NCBI GenBank assembly: GCA_003707115.1 | Contig: PPNB01000030.1 | Location: 1-64,000 of the forward strand | Direction: 5' to 3' | DNA length: 64,000 nucleotides | From: Tortispora ganteri | Taxonomy: Eukaryota | Part shown: piece after piece, positions 1 through 11,507 of the stretch | Layout of the letters: each line of letters begins with the position of its first letter | How positions within the stretch are numbered: position 1 is the first letter of the stretch | The notes under the pieces: generated by a model | What the model was told of the DNA's origin: nothing | What the model saw: the letters and a program-made list of their open reading frames with translations, nothing else | The model's database searches: none | Made by a program: the position numbers and the translations under genes

Positions 1-708
1 GCCCATCACTGCTCCTCTTGTAAAGCCTGCGTCCTCCGTATGGACCATCATTGCCCTTGGTACGCTATATGCATTGGTTTCCGGAATCACAAAAACTTTA
101 TTCAATTTCTTGTTGTTGTCTCCCTCTACGGCGGCCTCTGCACGCTCCTCTCTGCCTACGCCGTCTACTCTCTCGCCATGGATATCACGAACAAGCATGA
201 GTTCCCGCTCTCATGGATGTTCCTCGCTATTATTAGTGGTATCTTTGGCATCTCTGTCGCTTTTTTTGCAGCATACACTGTCTATAACCTCCTCAATAAC
301 CAGACAACAATAGAGGCGCTAGAGTCCGTCCGGTACCGCTCGCAAGTTTCGTCAAACCCGGAGTTCTACCGGTTTGCAGAACTTCCCACGTCCCGCACAG
401 TAGGTAACCTATTCGATATTGGATATAAAAACAACTGGCGCGAAACAATGGGTACACGCGTCTGCGACTGGTTCGCGCCCTGGGATACTTGCAGGGGGAA
501 CGGCACATCATTCCCTGTTGACACCAGTCTGCTGCAGGTGCTCAAACAGCGATCCGCCACCGACCAGCAACGAGTCAATTTAATGCACGAACAGTGGCAG
601 CACCAACGCAACCTCGTCAAAGCCGATCGCAAATCTATCATGTCTGCAGCCGCAGAGCAAGACCCATTCATCCATAATATCCCCGAGTCCAATCCCAGCA
701 TCATGTAA
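1..708 (+). CDS. PFA3: DHHC palmitoyltransferase (Pfa3-like), 5'-truncated by the window edge
   Basis: Frame is open from base 1 (AHHCSSCKACVLRMDHHCPW). DHHC-CRD, two TM helices, TTIE motif, and FDIGYKNNW-type C-terminal motif. Confidence 0.85.
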   Translation, partial: AHHCSSCKACVLRMDHHCPWYAICIGFRNHKNFIQFLVVVSLYGGLCTLLSAYAVYSLAMDITNKHEFPLSWMFLAIISGIFGISVAFFAAYTVYNLLNNQTTIEALESVRYRSQVSSNPEFYRFAELPTSRTVGNLFDIGYKNNWRETMGTRVCDWFAPWDTCRGNGTSFPVDTSLLQVLKQRSATDQQRVNLMHEQWQHQRNLVKADRKSIMSAAAEQDPFIHNIPESNPSIM

Positions 709-928
709 CAAATATTGTTATGCATACTCCACAAATTTTTACCGCTGCTATTGCCACAGCCCTGATCACTTTATCAGCTACCGTGCATGTACGGCTGATC
801 GCTTACACCACCCGCTAATCGCGGTTGCTTACTCATTGGGTGGGATGAGACAGCTCCACCTGTCCCTACCCCAACCTGCCTTCCCCTCATCTTGCTCATC
901 TCCATCATACCAATACATTTTACCTAAA

Positions 929-1966
929 ATGAACTATTTGAAGAACTGGTTTGAGAAAAGCCCCACCCTCGAGGCAATATATATGTATCCTGTCAAGGCA
1001 CTGCCGGGAATCCGCGTCGACTCTATTGAAATCGTGGCTACCGGTCTCAAGTTCGATCGCACCCTCATGTTCGCAACCCCAGATAGCGTAGAGGGCTACT
1101 ACAAATTCTTAACACAACGCGAAACTCCCCAGCTGGTTCTGGCAAACACTACACTCACAGAAAAAGATGGCATAACATACTGCGAAATCTCATACCCTCT
1201 AGATTACCGCAATCCAGAATCCACTGCCCGTAAAACGTTCCTAGTGCCTCTAAATGACGACTTATCCGAAGACGCCTATCCTCTAGTGAACGCTAAAATA
1301 TGGAACGATACTGCTCGTGCTCACAATCTAAAAGATTATATGGACCCCGACATGGCCGAGGCTATGAACCTGCCCAAGGATCTCACTATACTGCGCGCCT
1401 ACGACACCAGAAACGTTATCCGCATGATCCCAGACGATATGAAGGCCGAGCCCCCACAAAGCGTGTTTGTGGACTATTTTCCCGGAAACTTACTCACTTT
1501 AGAAAGCCTGTACGATGTGGCAAAGAACTGTATCGAAAAGGGCGGACAGGATGGACTACCTCCGCTCCCTTCCACAAAGCCGTCAGAGGGCTATACAGAC
1601 GAATACGAACGTTGGACGAAACGATTCCGTCCAAATTTTGTACTTTCAGGGACAAAATCTGCCTACGATGAAGAGTCTTGGAAGGAGATCAAGATCAATA
1701 TTGTAGATGGCGAACCACAGAATTGGATTGTTGCATCTCGCAATGTCCGCTGCCCTGTACCAACAGTTAATCCAGATCTGGGTGTTTTCCATCCTAAACA
1801 CCAGCCTTATAAAGCCATGCAGTCATTCCGAAGAGTAGACAAAGGTGCTCCCTACCAGCCATGTTTTTCTATGAACCTTGTCAATACCACGAACGGGTAC
1901 AAGATCTCAACAGGAGCCTCAGTACAAATACTTTCTCGCGGAGAACACTTCTACGAAGTTATCTAA
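929..1966 (+). CDS. MOSC-domain protein (mARC-like molybdenum cofactor-binding)
   Basis: N-terminal barrel motifs IYMYPVK and DR-x-LM, plus RFRPNFV and RCPVP (Moco Cys). The likely ATG is 929; the ORF track starts at an upstream TTG. Confidence 0.85.
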   Translation: MNYLKNWFEKSPTLEAIYMYPVKALPGIRVDSIEIVATGLKFDRTLMFATPDSVEGYYKFLTQRETPQLVLANTTLTEKDGITYCEISYPLDYRNPESTARKTFLVPLNDDLSEDAYPLVNAKIWNDTARAHNLKDYMDPDMAEAMNLPKDLTILRAYDTRNVIRMIPDDMKAEPPQSVFVDYFPGNLLTLESLYDVAKNCIEKGGQDGLPPLPSTKPSEGYTDEYERWTKRFRPNFVLSGTKSAYDEESWKEIKINIVDGEPQNWIVASRNVRCPVPTVNPDLGVFHPKHQPYKAMQSFRRVDKGAPYQPCFSMNLVNTTNGYKISTGASVQILSRGEHFYEVI

Positions 1967-2283
1967 TCTATGACCAGATAGTCATAACCAAAATTATTTT
2001 ATAAATATTGACAAAAGTATAAGTAACAGAGCAGCATTAACCATTATAATAGAAGCGCACAATGTGAAAGACTGTCTTGCAGAACCAGCATTTTCAATTT
2101 CAATTTTCGATTGACATTTTACAAGGAGCATTTTTTTTTCATGCGTAGTTTAGATAAAGAACTCATAAACAAGATTTTTTTTAGAAAAACTGTTTCACAC
2201 AACAATCCAGTTTATCATCTCTATAAGGCGAACTTCTTCAATATAGAAAATGGCGAACAAAGGTTTTGGACCCTAGACCATTA

Positions 2284-3621
2284 CTAATCATCTCGATTAA
2301 TTAGATCAGCAACACCTAGTCGCGTTACATTCGGTTTTATCGTATTTCGAACACTCGAAACAGATTCGGAGTTTATTGGTTTAGGCAAGGAAGTGTCATC
2401 AGAGTTGACCAAAGATGAAAAATGAGGAGTATCGGAACTCAGGGTCTTCATTGAGGGCGGGGAATATGGAGTTGAGTGTGTTATAGTAGATGAAGCGTAG
2501 GCAGGAGAAGTGACAGTAGACGTGGGAGCCGATGCATTAGTCATGGTGGCAGGCTGAGAGAAAGCAGAATACCGCAGAACAGAAGGGAGCGTTTCCGGGC
2601 CCGGGTGTTGAGGATATATTGATGCAGGTAAGTTTGGCGTCAGTGTTGGTATTTCTGGCGACCCAGCGCGAGACGTTACACGAGAATTGCCCCTGGATGT
2701 GGTCCTAGAAACTGACCGCGATCCAGCACGAGAGTTGGATTGTGAAGCTAGAAACCCTGGGGAAGAGTAATAATTGTAGTTTGCAGCAGGTTGTGGCAGT
2801 CCATGCAATGATAAAGAACGAATAGAAGGTAAAGTTACCGAAGAAGAGTCTGGATCGCGTGGTTGTAAACGTGGAGAGTGCCCAGGAGTAACCAGCGGAG
2901 TATGGTCTTCTGAACGAAAGTCGTCAGGCATAATAACAGGTGACGAAGGTGCAGTTGACACTGGACTGTTGGGTCTTGAACGTTTGGCGCGATGTGCAAG
3001 TTGATTTGAAACTGAAAATGATGGACGTTCATGCTCGTCAATGGAATTAGAACGCGAAAGCGGGGCGCTCGTTAAGCCTCTATGGTTTGCAGGTAATTCC
3101 AAAGGGCGGATCGGTGTCATATGCGGCATGCGAGGTAGGTGGTTATGAGACAAAGTGTTTAGGTTAGGAAATGACTTAGATGCATGGCTCTGAGAAAGAG
3201 AGGGAGAATGCCGCTCAGCCGAGAACTTAAGGCGCTCTCTCTCTAGTTCTTGCGACGCAGCGTTTGCTAGAGTCTCAAAAGGATTCTGATCGGATCGCGG
3301 TACGAATTTTTGCTGAAATGAATCATCTGAACTAAATCGGTCTTCCTGCGCAGAGGCGACAGGTTCAGAACCGGATTGCGGGGCTATTGAGGGAGCAACA
3401 GAGGACGTTGAGGAAGGTTTCTTGCGAAGATGTATGCGAGAATGGCGGGTTAGCTCGTCTGAACGCGAAAAGCGCTTCGAGCAACCTGGATAGGTGCATG
3501 CATGTGGTTTTTCACCTGTATGTGTGCGGATATGTCTGCTTTGGTGTTCCAGGCGATGAAAAGCTTTATCGCACATGGGGCATTTGTATGGCCTCGAAGC
3601 ATCTTTTGCGGTAGAAGACAT
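2284..3621 (-). CDS. creA: Carbon catabolite repressor CreA/Mig1, C2H2 zinc-finger transcription factor
   Basis: Two fingers RPYKCPMCDKAFHRLEHQSRHIRTHTGEKPHAC...FSRSDELTRH, plus KRSRPNSP-STAPSSP, HTPLVTPGHSPRL and LPSIRSLSL conserved blocks. Confidence 0.93.
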   Translation of the reverse strand: MSSTAKDASRPYKCPMCDKAFHRLEHQSRHIRTHTGEKPHACTYPGCSKRFSRSDELTRHSRIHLRKKPSSTSSVAPSIAPQSGSEPVASAQEDRFSSDDSFQQKFVPRSDQNPFETLANAASQELERERLKFSAERHSPSLSQSHASKSFPNLNTLSHNHLPRMPHMTPIRPLELPANHRGLTSAPLSRSNSIDEHERPSFSVSNQLAHRAKRSRPNSPVSTAPSSPVIMPDDFRSEDHTPLVTPGHSPRLQPRDPDSSSVTLPSIRSLSLHGLPQPAANYNYYSSPGFLASQSNSRAGSRSVSRTTSRGNSRVTSRAGSPEIPTLTPNLPASIYPQHPGPETLPSVLRYSAFSQPATMTNASAPTSTVTSPAYASSTITHSTPYSPPSMKTLSSDTPHFSSLVNSDDTSLPKPINSESVSSVRNTIKPNVTRLGVADLINRDD

Positions 3622-4281
3622 GACTGTAAGTTTATGCTACCAAAGTATTTCCAGACAAATAAAAAAGTGAGAATCGACGCGAAGGAGAGTACTCTGTAAA
3701 GAAAAAAAGCCGTGCCAGTGGGCAGAATACAACCTAAAAGGTGAGGTAACACAGGTACAAGGAAGAGGGAAGTGGGCCCGAAAAAAACTAAAATTGAAAT
3801 TTGACTTAGGTGCAAGGCACGAGCTCAAAAGAGGCAAGTCAAATGGAAGTAGCAGAAAGATCAAAATCACTAACTAAAATAGCTTGTTTTTTTTTTAGGT
3901 GGCTAAAGTGAATAGAAAATATATAAAAGCGGTCACTAGTCGGGCAGTGATCCGTGAAAACAGAACGGTGGCAGGTTTATGAACCCAAGAGATTATATAA
4001 CTCCTCACAAAATGGAAAGGTCAGAGTAAAGTCAAGAAAACAAGTACTATATTGCGCGTCTATTTGCTATAATCAAATCTAAACACCAATTTTAATGCAA
4101 AAAGAAGATAAAATCCAGCAATATAATTAATCAACGTCCAAATATTTGTGGTATTTACTCAAAAAAAAGAGGTAGGGTATACGATGAGGTTAGAAAGTAA
4201 AGTTCGGGAAAGGAATAAGTGCATTTTATTGGGGGGCACGGTCGATTGATCCAATAAATACCCTTAACCCTACAAAATTTA

Positions 4282-4298
4282 CCCCAGGAAATCTGGAG
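4282..4298. promoter_or_regulatory. Inverted pair of CreA/Mig1-type SYGGRG sites upstream of creA
   Basis: CCCCAG-gaaat-CTGGAG about 660 bp upstream of the creA ATG. Function is inferred only. Confidence 0.35.
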
Positions 4299-4651
4299 AA
4301 ATAAGCTTTTTATTATCTTTACCAGCTGAATAGCCGCTCTGCTTTGTAGGTGGTTGAATAAGAGGGTCCAATCTATGCTAGGATAGCAAAAACCTGCAGT
4401 TGTACTTTCTGACGAACTGGTATTGGCCTATTATGTAAATTTGTGGGTGTGTGGCAATGGTGGTGGAATTTCGGAATCGAACTGCGCATTTCCCCCCCAC
4501 ACATTGTCCACCTGCTACTTATGCATTCTAAAAAGCGCGCTAATTGAACCTGAGTGTGTACTTATAATAACTAACTAAAAACAAAGAAACAAATATTCAG
4601 ACTGCATACGATGATACAATGGACTATAACAAGCCAAAACCCTTTAGCTCT

Positions 4652-6508
4652 TTAACTCTTCTTTTCCTCTTCGCTCTGTGAAGAAGAGGATTCAACTTCC
4701 TTCTCGTTTTCGCCGGCGGCTGCTTCTTCAGCCTTAGTTCCGTGTTGGTGGTGGTGGAGATGGATGTGATGTTCGTCGATAAAATGCTCGTCTGTGTGAC
4801 TCTTGTGTTGGTGGGCCTCTATGAGGTGAGCTTCTATGTTAGTTTCGTCAACTTCCATGGGAATGATGAGGTTCAGAACGAGACCGATAAGGGCGGTGAT
4901 GGCGAAACCACTCTCGAGCACAAGAACAATAGCATTCAAGAATCCCTGGAGGTCATCGTTGTCACCGCTGTAGGTGAAAACATAAGAGAACCAGTCGGGG
5001 ACAAGAGTGGCACCAAAACCGATAGCTAGAGAACATGTTAAGACAAAACGATTGCGTCTATTGAAAGGCACAGTAGAGATAATGCGCAAACCAGAGACGG
5101 CCACGGCTGTGAACAAAAATGTGGTCATACCACCAAGAACAGCTGAGGGGATACTGACCAGAGCAGCCGCAAACTTAGAGAAGATACCCATAATGAGGAG
5201 GAAGAAACAGCAGAAGAAACCAGCGCTTCTGTTTGCACATTTAGTTAGAGAAATCACACCGTTATTCTGAGCAAAAACAGACATAGGGGTGAGCGTCATT
5301 AGACCAGCGAGGATTCCGTTCAGACCATCGGCTAAGATACCACCCTGAATACGGCTTTCGTACTCGCGACCTTCGACAGGGAGACGACTGACATCGCAGG
5401 TAGCAGTGATATCACCAATAGCTTCCATCATGAGGACTAGGTATACAGCGAGGAATGGCAGGATAAGCGGCCCATATACCTTCAAGGGGAACGTGTGCAC
5501 CCAGATGAAAGTAGCAGCAGGGGCCTGTTTGATATCCGTGTCGTCGAAATAACCGCAAGCAGCTGCAATGATGCACCCTACAAGGAGACCGACAATGACA
5601 GCGCAAGATTTCATGATAGGAGCACCGAATCGCTCGCAAAGGATAATTGTGACGTATACTGAGAAACCAAGACCTATAAACTCGGCAGAACCCCAGGGAA
5701 GAGGTTTTGGTGCAGAAATGTCGGGGCAGAGTCTGAAAAAGCCGGATTCGGGGCGGGAAGCACAGGCATTAGAGCCACCAGCCCAATTCTTGAAACCAGT
5801 TTCGACCAAATGGACACCGATCAGGAGTACAGTAGGGCCGGTAACAATAGGAGGGAACATTCTCTGGAGCATCTTTGGCGGTATGAATGAGAGAAGGACT
5901 TCAAAAAGACCGCAGACGCAGCTTGATGCAATCAAGTAACCAAAGGCTTGCGGGCATGCCTCTCGGGTGCCATCCGCGGCGGTCGGGCAGATACCTTGAG
6001 CGTACATCTGCGAGAAGGCGCCTTGTGCAACGGGAATAGTGGCGAAGGAAGTGCCTACTACCGAAAGCAGACCTGTGCCGATGAAGTAGCTGGTTTTAGG
6101 AATGTGGAAACGGGAGATTTGGATAGTAGAAAGAATACCGCAAGTGATGAAAGAGGCGGAGACGAGGTATTGCTGGAGATCGGTACTGAGACTGATTGAG
6201 GAGCTGAGAATGATAGCAGGTGTCATAATACCAGCCAACATAGCAAGTGCGTGTTGGAAACCTAGGATCATTGCCAAGAAGACGGGCATTGAGTCATTGA
6301 GACCGAAAAAGGGCGATACCTTTCTCTCACGGGATAAGAAAGGAATATCAGGAGTGAAGAGGTAGAGGTAATCGTACTCGCCGATAAGTCCATCACGAGT
6401 AAAAAACTTGTGAGCGAGAGCTGAAGGTAGAGCCTTGACCTTCTCGGTAAAGGTAGGTTCCGGGTTGAAAGAAGGAGCAACGTATGGAACTGCTTTTTCC
6501 TCAGACAT
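4652..6508 (-). CDS. uapC: NAT/NCS2 purine (xanthine/uric acid) permease, UapA/UapC-like
   Basis: QH motif in TM1 (GFQHALAM), NAT signature QNNGVISLTKCANR, many TM helices, His-rich C-terminal tail. Confidence 0.9.
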   Translation of the reverse strand: MSEEKAVPYVAPSFNPEPTFTEKVKALPSALAHKFFTRDGLIGEYDYLYLFTPDIPFLSRERKVSPFFGLNDSMPVFLAMILGFQHALAMLAGIMTPAIILSSSISLSTDLQQYLVSASFITCGILSTIQISRFHIPKTSYFIGTGLLSVVGTSFATIPVAQGAFSQMYAQGICPTAADGTREACPQAFGYLIASSCVCGLFEVLLSFIPPKMLQRMFPPIVTGPTVLLIGVHLVETGFKNWAGGSNACASRPESGFFRLCPDISAPKPLPWGSAEFIGLGFSVYVTIILCERFGAPIMKSCAVIVGLLVGCIIAAACGYFDDTDIKQAPAATFIWVHTFPLKVYGPLILPFLAVYLVLMMEAIGDITATCDVSRLPVEGREYESRIQGGILADGLNGILAGLMTLTPMSVFAQNNGVISLTKCANRSAGFFCCFFLLIMGIFSKFAAALVSIPSAVLGGMTTFLFTAVAVSGLRIISTVPFNRRNRFVLTCSLAIGFGATLVPDWFSYVFTYSGDNDDLQGFLNAIVLVLESGFAITALIGLVLNLIIPMEVDETNIEAHLIEAHQHKSHTDEHFIDEHHIHLHHHQHGTKAEEAAAGENEKEVESSSSQSEEEKKS

Positions 6509-6540
6509 TGTTTCTTAGCAGTGGGAGCGATTGCAGGTCC

Positions 6541-7082
6541 GATAAGCACTGACGGAACTAAGATAAAGGAAAATAGACGAACAGCACAGGTGCAGAGTAC
6601 TCAGCAGGGTGGTAGGCAGCACAAAGAGTTCTTAGAAGAAACAGTTGGCTTGACTGAACACAGTACAGATATTTCTATTCGAATAGAGATAGGTGCTTAT
6701 CCATGAAGGGGGATTATATAGTTTTTCGTATGGCCATTTTCACTGATAAGGTTCCTGCTGCATATGTGTTTTTTCGTTAAACTAATCTTCTGAGTAGGTA
6801 AATAAGGTTTAGGAGATCTCATTATACTTCCAATCACACGCATTTATTCATAATTAGCATTTTCTTAATATTGGACTCTAATCGAAAAAAACTTTAGAAG
6901 GACGGATAGACCCGAACTTCTCGAGCTTCTTGGTCAATAGCAGGCCTCCGATACATTAAAAGCTTTAACGGCTGATCAATTCAGTGAGTATTTGGTAATC
7001 TGAGAAACTAAGGAAGTACAATCAATCTGCATTTGCCGCAAATTTGCATTCAATATATTTCGGGCTTCCGCGCAGTCTTATC
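6541..7082. promoter_or_regulatory. GATAAG (GATA-factor, nitrogen regulation) sites upstream of the purine permease
   Basis: GATAAG at 6541 and 6745; CTTATC at 6696 and 7077. Consistent with AreA/Gln3-type control of purine uptake. Confidence 0.4.
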
Positions 7083-8535
7083 TATTAGAGACGGATCTTT
7101 ATCACACGATTCTTTTGCAAACTGCTAAAAGTTGCATTTCCTGCACAGCCATGCGATCACATCAATATCTTGCTCCCCTTTATCGCTTCAACCTCTTTCA
7201 TACATTTACACAACCATGCTTATTCGGTGGTCTGACGACTACACGATACGGATACGACTTTGTCCTTTCGAGTCACATGAGTTGCTGGACATCTCCGAGA
7301 TTATAGTTAAATACGTTCATTGATTCGCTAGGTATTGAACTCTAACTCTCTTGTAATTACACTTCTCAAACTTTAAGGTTGAGCCGTAGAAATGTGTTAT
7401 CAGTAATACTGCATAGCCGCTGCCATTACCCACTGCCTATACTCTTTTGTAAGATCCGTCTCGGTTTGCTAATAGCTACCGGCAGTATTAGCGCCAAAAC
7501 CGATCAGCTGTTCAGTTAATTCTCTTTTCGAATCCATTTTAACGAGTACCTAACTAAAATGTTTAACTGAAAAAGAAATTAAAAAGAAAAAAAAATTCAG
7601 TTTTTAGAGTTCAAATTTGGCACTCTAATATTTCCACTGATTTGGATTCGACTCTCATCGCTAATCACATAGCCATCAGGTGCTTTAACACCACAGTAAA
7701 AGAAACTTTCCGCTTTTACTTTAAATTCCATAAAAACAATACATAACTAAGCGCTTGCTTTTAATCTAAAAACAGCCTCGCTACACGCTCATTGTTTAGT
7801 CACATGCATCGAATCTCAATATTGTGCTGGGAGTTTTACTCTCGATGACTTATTACTTCACAGTAATGCATGCCCCGGCGGGCACATTTCCCCTAACCTT
7901 GCACAAAACAGCCCGATACAGAACACATTATCTCATCGCTCCGCCAAATCGCAATGAGATTTCTGGTTTGGGAAATCAAAATCACATGCTTGTAATAATT
8001 GTTGCATTTTCAAACGTAAATTAAACGAATTTTCATTTGATCTGAATTATACCCATCATACATGAGTAACAGTCATCGTAAAGTTTATTCTTAACGATTG
8101 AAATGACTATTTGATTCTTGTCATAGTTCTCCGTACAACTGACAATTATAGGGTTTTTTTTTTCTCTTCATTAGTTTACCAAAGCGACTTAAAAGCCAAT
8201 TGGAAAGTAAAACAAGCAGAAAACCAAGATTAATCTTTTCGCCTTTCATGTAGAGCTAGTCTCGCATTCTCTTATCAGTGCAGAGACTTAAACAACTGGT
8301 TATCCGATAAGCTCGCGGAATACCCCGATCAAAAAGCCAAAAACTACTTCAGATCGCTACCGCACTAACCTTCAGTTATAACGATGCAGATAAAATCGTA
8401 ATTAACCATTTTTCAGACTCGATCCTTTCCGATTATTGTATAACTGTCTTTCGCAATACAGTTTATCCAAGCTTTCCACTAAGCCTTTTCAGACCTTCTT
8501 TACATTACAAGTTAAACTTTATTTGTATTAAAGTA

Positions 8536-8549
8536 TCGGTATCAGCCGA
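8536..8549. promoter_or_regulatory. TCGG-N6-CCGA (UaY/Ppr1-type Zn2Cys6 site)
   Basis: Exact TCGG-tatcag-CCGA in the uapC/OLE1 divergent intergenic region. Confidence 0.35.
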
Positions 8550-9601
8550 ACTTGTGTAAGGTCAGACGACTATTGAAAAATACATGAAGAATCGATGTAT
8601 TCAAAGTATCCAAAGTTGATTTTGCAGTTGTTGATTTCCCAAAGTATACTTTATCGAATCGCTGATATGTACAGTGAAAGCGTTCAATGTTCCCATTAGG
8701 CACGTAAAGCACGATTCTCAACTGCTCTCGCACAATATGTGGTAACCTAGTATCACCGTTATGCTGCTCGAACAATCACAATCATAAATCGCGTTAATTC
8801 GCGGTAATGTCCTGTACACTTAGCAATAAGAAAGTGCTCCGAACCGTCCCGAGACAATGTACTGTGAACACGACATCACTTGTCGCATGACTCCCCAACT
8901 ACCAACAGCGAGCGTTCTTTTTGAAATGGCAGATTATCACCCAATGATTAATCGTACGACTCTGCAGGCTAATAGTCGGGTGACTGCAAACTGCTCAATC
9001 AAAAGTCAATTAGGCCATCCATTCGGTGGCAAAAGGTTTTCATGACAATATAGTTTGATAATCGCATAAATACAGCCAACGGCATTTGTTAAATAAATCT
9101 TGTTTTCTAATAAATCAAACTGTCAAATTATATCACTTCCTTATTCCTCGTATTATTAGACCAAATAGCTAGCGAAAATTCCTGTATATGTGTAGATCAG
9201 TTCGCGTTCGCGCTAGTATAGCCGATACCCATTGGTCCATCAACAACCAACTTTCCTTTTTGCACTAGTCAAAGAATTGTACTAGCAGTCCGAAGAATCA
9301 ATTACTGAATACACACTATATAAATACCGCCCGTTTCATGCCCCTTATATTGATTTGCTGCAACCGAATATCCACGCAAATCGACGCTATTTTAGTGCCT
9401 GTATTCTATTGGTCTGGGTTAAGGGTTTACCCCTAATTCGTCAACCCCCCAACCAAATTAACTTTTTGACACTCTAGGCCCCCAATCGACCTATAAATAC
9501 TTTTATTGCTCCTTGCATATTCTCAGCCTTAACCTCGTCACTTTGATTTAAGTCTCTGGTTCGTACCTTATACTTAATCTACTTTATTAGATCGATCCAT
9601 T

Positions 9602-11065
9602 ATGGTCGGTGAATTGGATGCTGCCAGCTCATCTGGTGCCGATATTGGTACGTCAAAGTTTGCCATCAATACCTCCTCCTCCTCTTCTTCTTCTTCTTCT
9701 TCTACAGCGCCTGCAACTACTCCTTCTGCCTCCTACAAAGAACGCCTTCATATCTCCGAGCAGCCATGGACATTGTCTAACTGGTACAAGCACTTAAATT
9801 GGCTTAACGTTTACCTTGTAGTTATTCTGCCTATCATTGGTTTCACCATGGCTGCTTTTACTCCTCTCCAGACTAAGACCGCTCTTTGGGCCATTTTCTA
9901 TTATTTCATGTGTGGCATTTCTATTACAGCCGGTTACCACAGACTCTTCTCCCATAGAGCTTACTCTGCTTCTCCTGTTGTCGAGGTCTTTTTTGCCCTC
10001 TTTGGAGGCGGTGCCGTACAGGGATCTATCCGATGGTGGTCTGCCGGTCACCGCGTGCACCACAGATACACTGATACAGATAAAGACCCCTACAGTGTCC
10101 GTAAAGGTCTTTTATTTTCCCATATTGGATGGATGCTTCTTTTGGCTAACCCCAAGAATAAAGGCAGGGCTGACATATCTGATTTGAACACCAATCCTAT
10201 AGTCAGGTGGCAACACAAGCACTATTTACCTATCCTGCTCTTTATGGCTCTTGTCTTTCCCTGTGTAGTAGCAGGTCTCGGCTGGGGAGACTGGATGGGC
10301 GGTTTTGTGTATGCGGGCATTATCCGTGTGTTTTTCATTCACCATGCTACTTTCTGCGTTAACTCCTTGGCTCACTGGATTGGTGAACAGCCTTTCGACG
10401 ATCGCCGCTCTCCTCGTGACCATGTAATTACCGCTTTAGTCACTTTCGGTGAAGGTTACCATAACTTTCACCACGAATTTCCTTCTGATTACAGAAATGC
10501 GCTTAAATGGTATCAGTATGATCCCACCAAGTGGCTGATCTGGACTTTGAAACAAGTTGGATTAGCATGGGATCTCAAGACATTTTCTCAAAACGCTATT
10601 GAACAAGGTTTGATTCAGCAGAAACAGAAGAAACTAGATCAATGGCGCCGAAAATTGAACTGGGGTGTTCCCTTAGAACAATTACCTGTGATCGAATTTG
10701 ACGATTTCGTTGAACAATCAAAAGAACGCGCCTTGGTCTTGATAGCTGGTGTTGTCCACGATGTTACCAACTTTGTCGACGAACATCCTGGTGGATATGC
10801 TTTGATCAAGTCTGCAATTGGAAAAGACGCTACTGCTAATTTTAATGGTGGTGTTTACGACCACTCAAATGCTGCTCACAATCTCCTCGCCACTATGCGT
10901 GTTGGTGTTATTCGTGGCGGCAGTGAAGTTGAAATCTGGCGTCAAGCGCAAAGAGAGAACAAAGACTCTACTTTAACTAAGGACTCTAATGACATGAGCA
11001 TTGTACGAGCGAACGCGCAACCTACAAGAACCGCTCGCCCATTCCAAGGTGCTGGTGCTGCCTAA
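9602..11065 (+). CDS. OLE1: Acyl-CoA delta-9 desaturase with C-terminal cytochrome b5 domain
   Basis: His boxes HRLFSH, HRVHH and HNFHH; cytochrome b5 HPGG motif. Confidence 0.97.
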   Translation: MVGELDAASSSGADIGTSKFAINTSSSSSSSSSSTAPATTPSASYKERLHISEQPWTLSNWYKHLNWLNVYLVVILPIIGFTMAAFTPLQTKTALWAIFYYFMCGISITAGYHRLFSHRAYSASPVVEVFFALFGGGAVQGSIRWWSAGHRVHHRYTDTDKDPYSVRKGLLFSHIGWMLLLANPKNKGRADISDLNTNPIVRWQHKHYLPILLFMALVFPCVVAGLGWGDWMGGFVYAGIIRVFFIHHATFCVNSLAHWIGEQPFDDRRSPRDHVITALVTFGEGYHNFHHEFPSDYRNALKWYQYDPTKWLIWTLKQVGLAWDLKTFSQNAIEQGLIQQKQKKLDQWRRKLNWGVPLEQLPVIEFDDFVEQSKERALVLIAGVVHDVTNFVDEHPGGYALIKSAIGKDATANFNGGVYDHSNAAHNLLATMRVGVIRGGSEVEIWRQAQRENKDSTLTKDSNDMSIVRANAQPTRTARPFQGAGAA

Positions 11066-11507
11066 ACTCGAACAAGAAGCTCGTGCATGCATAATTTCTC
11101 ACTTCTCTTTTTTCAATTTACTTTTCCCACTTTTCTTTTCTTTTGGTTTTTTCTGGGGTGTTGGAATACATGAACTTTTTCATACATGCGTATAGAACAA
11201 AAAAGAAAAAAATATCTACCGGGCTACAGGCTCCTCATATGTCTATACATATGCATTTTACAGCAATACATAACAGATATGCGTATATTTTATTCTCTAT
11301 TTCTGTAAGTCTAAAAATTTAAAGCGCTTGAGAACGTTCTAAAAACATTCATAACGATCAATTAGTACAACTTACGGTAAGTACTGTTTCCCGTTGCTAT
11401 AGAAACCTTTTTAAACCAGTTCCGAGATTCGGTATTGGGAAATTTTCTAGCAAGACAAGCGAAGCAATCGACACTGATTTTCCAAGGTCTAAAGGAGAGA
11501 GATTGAG

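Noticed and set aside
8542..8775. 77-aa - strand ORF in the uapC/OLE1 interval
   Set aside because: TTG start directly after an in-frame TGA, no splice signals, no recognisable motif.
9602..11065. Alternative CUG decoding (Ser or Ala clades)
   Set aside because: CTG occupies conserved Leu positions such as KWLIW in OLE1.
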